Source of the DNA: Octopus bimaculoides
Lineage: Eukaryota
NCBI RefSeq assembly: GCF_001194135.2
Contig: NC_068999.1
Coordinates: 24,961,803-24,995,526, forward strand
Length of the DNA stretch: 33,724 bases
Direction of reading: 5' to 3'
The notes under the pieces are model-generated. The model did not search any database. It worked only from the letters and a program-made list of their open reading frames with translations, and was not told where the DNA came from. The stretch's first letter is position 1. Each line of letters begins with the position of its first letter. Below are positions 12,285 to 22,561 of the stretch, one piece after another. The position numbers and the translations under genes are program-made.

Positions 12285-12740
12285 GCCAATCCTGCTAAGC
12301 TAACAGTCATTCCCTTACACTCATAATCACCTGCACGCACACACACTACTCAAACGTTTCCACACACACACACACATATGTATACAGAAACATACACACA
12401 CACACACGTATACACAAACATACACATGCGCACGCATGTTACTCAGGTTCTGGACGGAACCCTTTTAACTGTTACCAGATCGCTGCTACCTACCTGTTGT
12501 ACCACCATACACTCACATATATACACAAGTACATGCAAAAACACACGTATGCTCACTCACACATACACTGCAAATTTCACCAACCACTCTTCTATCTCCT
12601 ATTCACACACGTACACACTTACGTGATGATGTATAATGTGTGTGTGTGTGTGTATATACATACACACACATCACACACAACACACTGCACACATACACAC
12701 ATACACATGCACACATATTCACACATACAAACAGGCACTC
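11590..12740. repeat. ~1.1-kb degenerate (CA)/(CATA)/(TG) microsatellite complex
   Basis: Read directly. Source of the many HT/CV-repeat ORFs. Confidence 0.9.
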
Positions 12741-12910
12741 TCTTTCCATTAACAACCAATATTACTTCTTATTAACACTTCCCATTTGTCAGAGATCGAA
12801 CATGTGAGTTACCAACATGAGTTTTATCCAGGTTCTCTCTCTCCTATCTTTCCTTTTTTTACTTATCTGTTTTTCTATCTCACTTTTCTCTTGCCCTTGG
12901 ACTTTTCTGC

Positions 12911-12950
12911 TTGTATCTGGCGAAGGACAATAACTGAAATGTTAAACTTT
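12911..12950 (+). ncRNA. Decayed minimal (Penelope-type) hammerhead ribozyme motif
   Basis: tCTGgCGA-a-GGacaataaCT-GAAAtGTTaaac resembles CUGACGA-A-GG..CC-GAAACGUH with one core A>G change and CpG-type C>T changes. It lies downstream of the PLE GIY-YIG on the same strand. Confidence 0.5.
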
Positions 12951-13183
12951 CACTCTATAACTTTTCCATTCCTTAACTCTTGCATTCTTATTTGCAAACT
13001 TGCCAACCATTATTGCCTACCATGAAATATAAAAAGAACTTTTTTCAGTTTATTGTACTTTGATATGAAAAAATCCACGACCTTCCATCTCAATAAACCA
13101 CTATTGTCCCTGAAAGTTGTTTTTAATATTTACTATATATATATATATATATTAGAAGGTTGGGAGGTGATGTACAGATATTA

Positions 13184-13427
13184 TATATTAGAAAAAATAA
13201 GGTACTCAGAGATCTGGATGGTTGTATATTTACAGATATTTATTAATATTCACATGTTTTTATAAATCATTTATTAGTGCTTTCATCTACTCGAATAGGA
13301 ATCTGAAGAATCTATTAGAGTAGATGAAAGTGCTAATATATGATTTATAAAAACATGTGACATATTAATAAAAATCTGTAAATGGACAACCATCCAGATC
13401 TCTGAGTACCTTATTTTTTCTAATATA
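13184..13427. repeat. Near-perfect long palindrome (foldback), arms ~114 bp, loop ~13 nt
   Basis: 13184-13297 is the reverse complement of 13311-13427 with about 8 differences. The right arm runs into the N gap. Confidence 0.95.
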
Positions 13428-13632
13428 NNNNNNNNNNNNNNNNNNNNNNNNNNNNNNNNNNNNNNNNNNNNNNNNNNNNNNNNNNNNNNNNNNNNNNNNN
13501 NNNNNNNNNNNNNNNNNNNNNNNNNNNNNNNNNNNNNNNNNNNNNNNNNNNNNNNNNNNNNNNNNNNNNNNNNNNNNNNNNNNNNNNNNNNNNNNNNNNN
13601 NNNNNNNNNNNNNNNNNNNNNNNNNNNNNNNN

Positions 13633-13878
13633 CAGACACATGTACTCTTAACGTAGTTCTCAGGGAGATTCAGCATGACACAAAGTGTGACAAGGCTGGC
13701 CCTTTGAAATACAAGTACAACAGAAACAGGAAGAAAGTGTGAGAGAAAGTTGTGCTGGAGCCTCATGGAGCTTTAGGTGTTTTTGCTCAATAAACACTCA
13801 CAACGCCCAGTCTGAGAATTGAAACTGCGATCCTATGACTACAAGTCCACTGCCCTAACCACTGGGCCATTGCGCCTC
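13633..13878 (-). mobile_element. tRNA-derived SINE family A
   Basis: Reverse complement begins gaggcgcaaTGGCCCAGTGGttagggc (A box) ... GTTTCAATTCT (B-box-like). The 3' part contains caaagggccagccttgtcacac. Confidence 0.85.
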
Positions 13879-13919
<41 letters not shown>

Positions 13920-13950
13920 CAAACACACACATAATGTATGAATGTATATA

Positions 13951-13981
<31 letters not shown>

Positions 13982-14017
13982 GTGGGAGTGGGAGTGGGAG
14001 GCAGTAAGTGTGTTGTG

Positions 14018-14115
14018 TCATTTAACCATTGTTTCTCCATGCTAGCATGGCTTAGATGGAATATATTTGATGCAGGATTTTTATGGCTGGATGCCCTTAT
14101 TATTGCCAACCCTTA
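14018..14115 (-). mobile_element. 3' tail fragment of an RTE-like retroposon family
   Basis: Homologous to the reverse complement of 25681-25725 (tttaac..tttccttgctggcatg..ttagacgg). Confidence 0.6.
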
Positions 14116-14312
14116 CCTACTTTTCAAGCTAAGGCTCTTTATTTCTTCAGATGACTTTGAAAGTGCAGAGTTAGCAGATGATTTATGGAAGGAAATTTCA
14201 ACAAACGCCACCTGTTGCAGCCCAGCCACAAGTAGACCCAGCTCAGCATAGTTTGTAAACAGTTGCACAGATACACTTATGCCAGACATACATACATACA
14301 TACATACATATG

Positions 14313-15130
14313 TGAATAAAGATAGAGCAACTGGAGAATATTATGCTAGACTTAGAAAAATACAGCAGTTGGAATTCTCCACTTAGAACAAGACAATATG
14401 CATTTGCTGTACCTGTGTTGATTCTAGCATTTGAGATATTTGACTGGTTTGTTGAAAAAATCTGCTTCAGAGATACTAAAGCCTGCAAGATATTGATATC
14501 AACTGGAAGTCTCATGAGAAATAGTGATGTCAACAGGCTCTAAGAAGAGCTAAAGGAAGTAGAGGCATGAGATCAGTGCAGACAGCCTTTAAATGTCATA
14601 TCGCCTCTCTGAGACAGCACTTGCTAGACAACAGCAGCAAATATAAAGACATTAACTTAGTGCTGAAAAGTGAAGAAAATAATATCCTAAATGTTGGCAG
14701 CAAGTTCTTCAGGAAGCACTCTCTCCCTGATGACATCGCATACAACCCCAAAACAGCTAGACCTCAAAGAAGACCTGGATCTGAAAAAAGGGGTATGTTC
14801 TTCAAATACTTGAAGAAGACAGTAATATTGACATGAAGGGAAGCCTCTCTTTGACTCATGACCACTACATAACATTTTGAAGGCTAAACATTTGCAATCC
14901 AAGAACAGGAGATAGCTGCAATAAACCTAATAAACAGAAGAGACAGGAGAGGCTTTGGGGCTCCATGATGCAACCAAAGATGTAGATTATATCATATTTC
15001 TGTGGAAAACATCACACGTAATTAGCAGCTGCTCAAAAAATGTCATCTTTGTACTACCTCTCTATGTAACACGATGTTGTCACAAAAACAATATAGAATG
15101 CCATCTGGAAAAAAGACTATCCTAGAATAA
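14313..15130 (+). mobile_element. R4-clade non-LTR retrotransposon fragment (RT C-terminus through CCHC knuckle), decayed
   Basis: Across frameshifts it reads VNKDRATGEYYARLRKI..NK / AFAVPVLILAFEIFDW..DTKACKILISTGSLMRNSDVNRL / RGMRSVQTAFKCHIASLRQHL.. / FEG*TFAIQEQEI..CNQRCRLYHISVENIT(H)VISSCSK(M)SSLYYLSM*HDVVTK. The FAVPVL, SDVxRL, AxQEQ and CRLC-x-E-x-x-H-x-x-x-x-C motifs are characteristic of R4/Dong/Rex6. Confidence 0.88.
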
Positions 15131-15147
15131 ATACTGACAATCCCCTT

Positions 15148-15558
15148 GTAATTTGCTTCCTAACCATATAGTTCTGGTTTCAGTGCCAATATATGGCATC
15201 TTGGGCAAGTGTCTGCTACTATAGCTTGGGCTAAGCAAAGCCTGGTGAGTGGATTTGGTTGACAGAACTTGAAAGAAGCCTGTTGTGAGTGTGTGTTTGT
15301 GTGTGTGAGTGTGTGTGTGCGCGCGCGCGCGCGTGTACCCATGTTGTGTGTGTTTGTATTTGTCCTCCACCACTGCTTGACAGTCAGTGTTCATGTGCTT
15401 ATGTCCCTGTAACATTAGTGGTTTAGCAAAATGGACCAATAGAATCAGTATCAGGCTTTAAAAAAATGTAAGTACTAGAGTGGTTCATTCTACGAAAATT
15501 CTTCAAGGCAGTGCCACAGCATGGCTACAGTCTAATGACTGAAATAATTAAAATGAAA
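15148..15558 (+). mobile_element. SINE family D, near full length
   Basis: Head, (GT)/(GC) linker and 3' half are colinear with 30245-30625. Confidence 0.85.
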
Positions 15559-15570
15559 TTCTATATACAT

Positions 15571-15692
15571 GACGACTTCTTTCAGCTTCTGTCTCCCAAA
15601 TATTTATACACAAGTCGGTCCTGGGCTATAGTTGAAGGGGCCAAGAAATAGGATTGAACTTAGAACAATGTGGGTCGGAAGTAAACTTCTTA

Positions 15693-15700
<8 letters not shown>
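15571..15700 (-). mobile_element. Head of SINE family D, inverted relative to the neighbouring copy
   Basis: cttctttcagcttctgtctcccaaat...gggctatagttgaag...aacaatgtgggtcggaagtaaacttctta. Confidence 0.7.
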
Positions 15701-15731
<31 letters not shown>

Positions 15732-16085
15732 CACTTCTAATATTAATGATTAGGCATATGTCCATTTGCTATTCATTTAATATTTTAGAAAAAGACTTAA
15801 ATGGTCTTTAATAGTATGTGGGCTCTTTAACAGCTCACCAGTCGTAGTAAATTCGTTAGCCATGGTAATATTTTTGTCTGTTAGCCACTAAAGGGTCGTA
15901 AAATGACAGATAGGTACGTAGATAAGCAGATAGTTAGATAAGATAGGTAGACAGCAAGCCATACATATATATTTACACACACACACACACAAGTATATAT
16001 TATATATGAGCATATATGTATAATATATTTTATATATATACATNNNNNNNNNNATATATATATGATATATACATTATATATGATA

Positions 16086-16343
16086 CTAGCAAACACCTCC
16101 ACCCCACCGTCCATTGGACAGTTTGTATAGGTGAAGATGGCTAACTTGGACAGTGTTATGGAAGCTTTAATCATCCAATGGACAGGCCACAAGGAAACTG
16201 AAAATTTTGAAAATCATTTTAAATTATGGAACGCCCTGCGCTCTCATGTATCCATGTTTAAAATTTCAGCAAGATTGGATGAACAATACTTGAGTTATAA
16301 GCACACAAAGAACAGAGAGACAGAACGAGATTTATATATTAGA
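16086..16343 (-). mobile_element. Non-autonomous Helitron
   Basis: On the minus strand it begins A|TCTAATATATAAAT and ends with a small hairpin (gtcca-t-tggac) before CTAG|T, i.e. canonical 5'-TC / 3'-CTAG termini in an AT target. Confidence 0.65.
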
Positions 16344-16344
16344 T

Positions 16345-16530
16345 GAGCCAATGACGGAGACCTCTACACGGTAGCCAGACCTGGTTGAAATAACAGCCAA
16401 ATCTCCTTCAAGTCACACCTTACTGTCTTATGTATGTATATATGTATGTATGAGCCAATGAGTGAGACTTCTACATGATAGCAGCCAAATCTCCCTCAAA
16501 ACACCCAACTGTCTTATGTATGTATATATG
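16345..16530 (+). repeat. Tandemly duplicated fragment of repeat family E with (TATG)n tails
   Basis: gagccaatga..gagac(c/t)tctaca..cagccaaatctcc..ctgtcttatgtatgtatatatgtat occurs at 16345-16448 and again, shortened, at 16452-16532. Confidence 0.8.
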
Positions 16531-16606
16531 TATTAACAGTTCTTTGACTTTTTGCATTTGACGACTGTTGCTTTAAGTTAGATAATTGTATTGAGCCCTC
16601 TACGTA

Positions 16607-16612
16607 TAGAGA

Positions 16613-16686
<74 letters not shown>
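16607..16686. repeat. (GA)n microsatellite
   Basis: Read directly. Confidence 0.95.
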
Positions 16687-16688
<2 letters not shown>

Positions 16689-16846
16689 GGAAAGAAGAGA
16701 GAGACAGCATAGCGACGGTTTTGGTTGAATGTCATCCTGTACTCCCTTTGTTGCCAGCGAAATGGTATGTGCCGGCTGTCTGAGAAACTCTCAGCATGGC
16801 AGAAGAAATAGGACAAAAAGATTACAAAAATAACGATTCTCACTTT

Positions 16847-16993
16847 GAAACTGACAATTTTGAAAATCTTTTTAGATTACAGAATGCTTCGCTCTCTCAT
16901 GTATCTATGTTTAAAATTTCAACGTGATCAAATCAACAATACTTGAGTTAAAAGCTCACAAACAGACAGACAGAACAGGATTTATATATTAGA
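16847..16993 (-). mobile_element. Second Helitron 5' end, same family as 16194-16343
   Basis: Diverged direct repeat of 16194-16344, ending ggatttatatattagat, which gives A|TC on the minus strand. Confidence 0.7.
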
Positions 16994-17005
16994 TATGTAA
17001 TATAA

Positions 17006-17038
<33 letters not shown>

Positions 17039-17306
17039 AAATTTAATAAATGGAGTAATACGCATATGTTAAATGAATTCTTTTATTTCCGACATATGTT
17101 TTGAAGATTACAAATGGTTCCTTCCAAGGGAATAAGTGATGTTGATAAAGATGTAGTCTTCTCTTCAGGGAAATACATAGGATCCAACTTAACCGTAAGA
17201 CATTTTAACTGAAACGAGCCAATGAGTCATTTTGTGATCTTTGCTACCCTGGTATCTATTAACCAATCTATTTTGTCGGAGTTAATTATTAACTAAGAGA
17301 AAATAA

Positions 17307-17341
<35 letters not shown>

Positions 17342-17545
17342 TATACATGGACAGAGAGAGAGAGAGAGAAACAGGGGAAAATAAATAGATAGACGTGTGT
17401 GTGCGTGTATGTGCATGTGCGTGTGTGTGCAGACGTAGATATATGTGTGTGTGTGTGCATGTGTGTGTGTGTGTGTAGCAATAGCTGCAAAAACATACAG
17501 TAACACTATTTCATACCCATGATAAACAAGTTGCTTACAAGCACA

Positions 17546-17841
17546 GAAGGTGCATGACTCAGTGGTTAGAACATTGGGCTCACAATCATGTGGTAGTGAG
17601 TTTGATTCCCAAACTAGGCTGTGTGTTGTGTTCTTGAGCAAGTCACTTTATTTCACATTGCTCTAGTTTATTCAGCTGTAGAAATGAGTTGCAATGTCAC
17701 TGGGGCATTCTCTTTGATAACATCAGTGACATGGAGAGGGGAGGCTGATATGCACAGGTGACTGCTGATCTTCCATAAACAACCTTGCCTGGACTTGTGC
17801 TTTGGAGGGGAACTTTCTTGTGCAATCCCATGGTCATTCCA
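17546..17841 (+). mobile_element. CORE-like tRNA SINE, family C
   Basis: A box tgactcagtgg, B-box-like gtttgattcc, then ttcttgagcaagtcactttatttcacattgctctagtttattcagctgtagaaatg, which resembles the MIR/CORE domain. Confidence 0.8.
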
Positions 17842-17936
17842 TGCTCAAGAACACAACATGCTGCCCGGTCCAGGAATTGAACTCACTACCTCATGATTGT
17901 GAGCCCCACTGTCTAACCACTGAGCCATGCACCTTC
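17842..17936 (-). mobile_element. Second family C SINE head, inverted and fused to the tail of the first
   Basis: Reverse complement matches 17546-17640 at 79 of 95 positions by manual count. Confidence 0.85.
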
Positions 17937-17953
17937 ACCTATAAACATATATA

Positions 17954-19191
17954 CAGGGTGATTCAAAAGTCACCATACATAGGAACAATTTATTTTTTTT
18001 ATTTAACTTTTTTTATAACTTTTTTTATTTAACTTTTTTTATTTATGGTTATCATTGTTTTGAATACACATTGTAATACGTTTACCTCACTCATTGTGAA
18101 CTCATAATAGCACATCTGGTGATACTTGTACAAATAAGTTGGTGATGCATTCCTTCAAATGATTTATGCCTTTTATCTTTGCGTGATACACCGTGCCTTT
18201 CAAATGCCCCCAAAGATAGAAATCTAGAGGGGTCAGATCAGGGGATCTAGGAAGCCACTCAATTGGACCACACCTACCAATCCAGGCACCTGGAAATGTC
18301 TGATCCAATCACTGACACACTTGAATAGCATAATGAGGTGGAGCTCCATCTTGCTGGAAGTCAACTGGAAAGTTACCATCCTTATTTAGCAGTGATGGGA
18401 AAATTTCTCCTTGCAACATGTTGAGATACTTTTCGGCATTAAGATTTCCATTAACAAAAATTGGGCCAATGATTTTGTTACCCTATATCCCAGCCCAAAC
18501 CATCACTTTACCAACACCTTGTATCTTCGTTGCACTCATCCAGTGAGGGTTAGCATTGCTCCAATAATGCATGTTTTGGCTATTAACCTCTCCATTGATG
18601 CCCATTCACAAAATTCCTGCCATCTATCTGGGTCATCGTCACTCATATGCTGTAGCATCTGCAGTTTGTACGGATGCCACTTATTTGATTTTAAAATGCA
18701 CATGATAGTCAGTTGACTGACCCCAATTTCAACAGCCAATCTTTGTGTACTTCTGCAGGGGTTCCGTGTTATTGATGCAAGAACTCTAACTGTTGTATTT
18801 TCATCGGTTGCTGTATGTAGTCGACCACTTCTTCTTTGATCTTTAACAGATCCAGTTTTTTTAATCTTTATCATAAATTTTGCAACGGTATCGTGTGTTA
18901 TGTTGGTTCCATGTTTTCTATTAAATTCTGCTGCAATCTTGTGACTACTTCCAGACATGGTCATCAATATGATCTCAATTTGTTGTTCCTTTGTCAATTG
19001 CATCTTTTGTGTATCTGAAAATAAAAAAAATAACAAGTTAAAAAGATGATTGATGTAAATGTATTGCAATGTGTATTCAAAACAATGGTAACCATATAGA
19101 GCCTGTTAAATAAAAAAAAAAACTGTTCTTATAAACTGTTTCTTAAAAAAAAAAAAATTTTCCTATGTATGGAGACTTTTGGATCACCCTG
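17954..19191 (-). mobile_element. Full-length Tc1/mariner element, DD41D (rosa-like), 1238 bp
   Basis: 31-bp outer TIRs (cagggtgattcaaaagtcaccatacatagga, 29/31 match) flanked by TA at 17952-53 and 19192-93. An inner 36-bp inverted pair lies at ~18044-18079 and 19061-19096. Confidence 0.95.
18102..19003 (-). pseudogene. DD41D transposase pseudogene
   Basis: Starts MQLTKEQQIEIILM..KTGSVKDQRRSGR..KWHPYKLQMLQ..EFCEW. A deletion then removes the first catalytic Asp (SDE motif) and shifts the frame. It continues INGEVNSQNMHYWS..VMVWAGI*G..FQQDGAPPHY..WIGR..WLPRSPDLTPLDFYLWG, with 41 residues between the QQD and final Asp. TGG-derived stops at 18483-85 and 18309-11. Confidence 0.92.
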
Positions 19192-19238
<47 letters not shown>

Positions 19239-20350
19239 ACACCCCCACACATATGTGTGTGTGTCTATTAAACATATCTTTCATATTTATGGTGAATGAT
19301 ATAAAAATTGGCAAGAAAACAAAAAGAAAAAAATACTTTCAAATAAAACTACTCTCTGTAATATTTGTTCTGCCTGAGTTCACATTCGCATCATGCAAAA
19401 TGCAGTGAACCAGGGATAAGATCATTGAAACCTGGAACCAGGTGTGTCATTGTACATCAAATGTAAAACAAAATCTGACAATAAATAAACAACAATTAAA
19501 TAAAGCAATAATCAAAAGCTGGTTGTCCTTTTTCTCTCTAATTCAGCTTTAGATTTTGTTCTTTTCCAGAGTGTCATGCTAGCTACCTATCTGTTTCACT
19601 TCTTTTGTTGTTAATTACTTTGTTCCTGTACTTACACATCCATCCCATGGACAAATGAATGAATTTATCATCATACACACACACATACTCTCTCTCTCTC
19701 TCTCTCTCTCACGCACACACATACATAAACACACACATACTCAATCATGTATACACATTCATACATGCAATTGCTTTTATTATAAAAAGAATATTTAGAA
19801 TTTTCTTGTTAGTAATAACTGACTTGTCTTGTATGTAATAAGATATAAGACTAAGTTTTGTAAAGGTGGAATACAGTTAATTGAATCAACATATTGCATT
19901 AAATCATGCTTGTTTTATGGATCCAAGAAGAGTGAAAAGTAAAGACAGCCTCAATCATTTTGATGAAAATAACTAAATACTCCAAGACATTTCCAATGAT
20001 TTCTACCTCTTCTACTGTTTCTAGCAACTCCTCAAGCTCCCTTTCAGCAATATTAGTAAATTCTTTGGTTAATAATATTTTACCATTTCATATAGAATAG
20101 CTGACAGTGTCATTAGGTAAACTCAAATGCACTATTCAACATGTACATCAACAGATTATGATACTAAACAAATGACTGTACCATCATGACAGTTCAATAT
20201 CACAAACTGATATTAAAATGCTAAAATGTCTATGAGGCTCCTTGTTTAAATGTCACTATTTTCTGTATATAATGGTTGGAGTGATAATTAATTGCCATTT
20301 CATGGCTGGTAGTCTTAATCTTATCACTTGGTTTAATATTAAATCTTTGT

Positions 20351-20550
20351 AAGGTCGTGAGCTGGCAGAATTGTTAGCATGCTGGGCAAAAAATGCTTAG
20401 TGGCATTTTGTCCATCTTCACATTCTCAGTCTAATTTCTGCTGAGGTCGACTTTGCTTTTCATACTTTCAGGGTTGATAAAATAAGTACCAGTTGGGCAC
20501 TGGGGTCAATATAATCGACTTAACCCCCTCCCCTGAAATTGCCAGCCTTG
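20351..20550 (+). mobile_element. SINE family B
   Basis: aaggtcgtgagctggcagaattgttagc...gaggtcgactttgcttttcatactttcagggttgataaaataagtaccagttgggcactggggtcaatataatcgact. Confidence 0.85.
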
Positions 20551-20752
20551 TAAGGGCCACTATGTCGCAAGTATTTTGGCCAGGTATCTGATTGAAGAAT
20601 TACTTCTTCCAATCCTTTCATCAATTTCAGATGACCTGAAAAGGTCCTTAGTGCTGACCTTCTCCTCTAAAAAAAAGGAAAAACAAAAAATACCTACAAC
20701 ATAGAGCAGATTGGGACATTGAGCAATTTGTGACTTTGTGCATACTATTATA

Positions 20753-22090
20753 TTAGGTTGTTCTGAAAATAATGGCCAATTTCAGAAACATAATTTTATT
20801 CTGGAAAAATTAACAATAGAAATGTTTTGATCAGTCAAAGTATGAGCCGTGAACATCTATGCACCTTTGCCATCGATCAACGAGATTATTTATACCTTGC
20901 TGATAAAAACTTATTGGCTTTGATGCTAAGAAATCTTTGAAAGTTGATTCCGCCTCTGGTTTGAACCTGAAAGTTTTATCACTTAAGAACGTGTTTAAAT
21001 GCTTAAAAAATAGTAGTCAGTGGGTGAAAGATCAGGAGAATATGGAGCAATTTGTGACTTTGTGCATACTATTATATTAGGTTGTTCTGAAAATAATGGC
21101 CAATTTCAGAAACATAATTTTATTCTGGAAATTTTATTCTGCAGTGTCATTCTTGCAACATGTGGCTTTGCATTATCATGGAGCAGAATTGGGCCACACC
21201 GATTCACCAATGCAGGTCTCATTTTTTACAAGTGAGCATACACTTCAGTGAGTTGATTGCAGTAATCCTCTGCTGTAATGCTCTGATTGGCTTCCAGAAA
21301 GCTGTAATGGACAACACCAACTGCAAACCACCAGACCGTCACCATAATTTTTTGCTGATGCAACTTTGACTTTGGGAAATTTTTGGGGGACTCATCACAA
21401 TCAAGCCATTGACCTGATCATTTACTGTTATCATAAAGGATCCACTTTTTGTCACAAGTGACTATTCAATCAAGAAAAGGATCATTGGTGTTTTATAGAA
21501 AGAGCATCAAGCACACTTCAAAATGCTGAACTTTTTGATTTGCATTGAGCTCATGTGGTACCCATTTATCAAGCTTTTTCACTTTACCAATCTTCTGCAG
21601 ATTGCATGAGACTGTTGCAATACTGACACCAAATGCCTGAAACATTTCTCTGACATTTTGACATGAGTTTTATTCAACAACTGCTTTCAATTGTTTATTG
21701 TCATGACTGCATGACCATCCTCTACCTTCTTCATCTTCAAGGCTCTCATCACCACTATAGAATTTCTGAAACCATCTTCGTACTGTGCGATCACTTGTGG
21801 ACCCATCTCCTTATGCTCTGTTGATATTGGCAACAGTTTGGGAGGCATTGTGCCCAGACTTGAACTCAAGCAAGAAAAGTAAGCTAAGGTCCTTTTTTTG
21901 TCATGTTCATAATTAAGGGTGCCTGTGCTTCAAGAATGTTTTCTGTCTGAAATAAGTAGAAAATTATTAAAGAGCATACATTAATTATTAAGTATGTCAA
22001 AATTCACCTAAAATATAATTAAAATACTATGATAAAACTGCGTTTCAAAACACAACACTTAGAGCAGCCATTATTTTCGGAACAACCTAA
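20753..22090 (-). mobile_element. Full-length Hsmar1-like (cecropia-type) mariner carrying an internal copy of its own end
   Basis: TIRs ttaggttgtt(c)(t/c)gaaaataatggc (23/24 match), with TA at 20751-52 and 22091-92. Confidence 0.95.
20831..21904 (-). pseudogene. Mariner transposase pseudogene
   Basis: Reads EFKSGHNA..DRTVRRWFQKF.SGDESLEDEEGRG..KKLDKWVPHELN..LD*IVTCDKKWILYDN..KIMVTVWW..GPILLHDNAKPHVARMTLQ [insertion] PYSPDLSPTDYYFFKHLNTFL..RWQRCIDVHGSYFD*. Contains the WVPHEL and YSPDL motifs. Confidence 0.95.
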
Positions 22091-22096
22091 TATAAT

Positions 22097-22520
22097 CTTT
22101 TATTTTTTACTTCTTTCATTCATTGGGCTATGGCCATGCTGAGACACCACCTTTAAAGGTTTAGTTGAACCAATCAACACCAGTATTTATTTTGAAGTCT
22201 GTACTTTTTCTAGTGGTCCTTCTGCTGAACTACTAAGTTACAAGAACATAAACAAACCAACACTGGTTGTCAAGCAACGATGGGGTATAAACACCAAGAA
22301 ACACTCACATATATACATACATACAAGAAGATTCAACATAATACAGAATGTGACAAGGCTGACCCTTTGAAATACAGGTATTACTCATTTTTACCAGCTG
22401 AGTGGACTGGAGCAATGTGAAATAAAGTGTCTTGCTCAAGGATACAACACATCTCTGGATATTGAACTCATGACTTTACAATCATGAACCACATACCCTA
22501 AACACTAAGCCATGCACCTT

Positions 22521-22561
<41 letters not shown>

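Noticed and set aside
14150-14251. Possible plus-strand exon DDFESAELADDLWKEIS after ctctttatttcttcag
   Set aside because: No convincing donor, no recognisable homology, and it is wedged between repeats.
19900-20090. ~60-codon open stretch on the minus strand (TKEFTNIAERELEELLETVEE)
   Set aside because: No start codon, weak splice sites and no recognisable domain.
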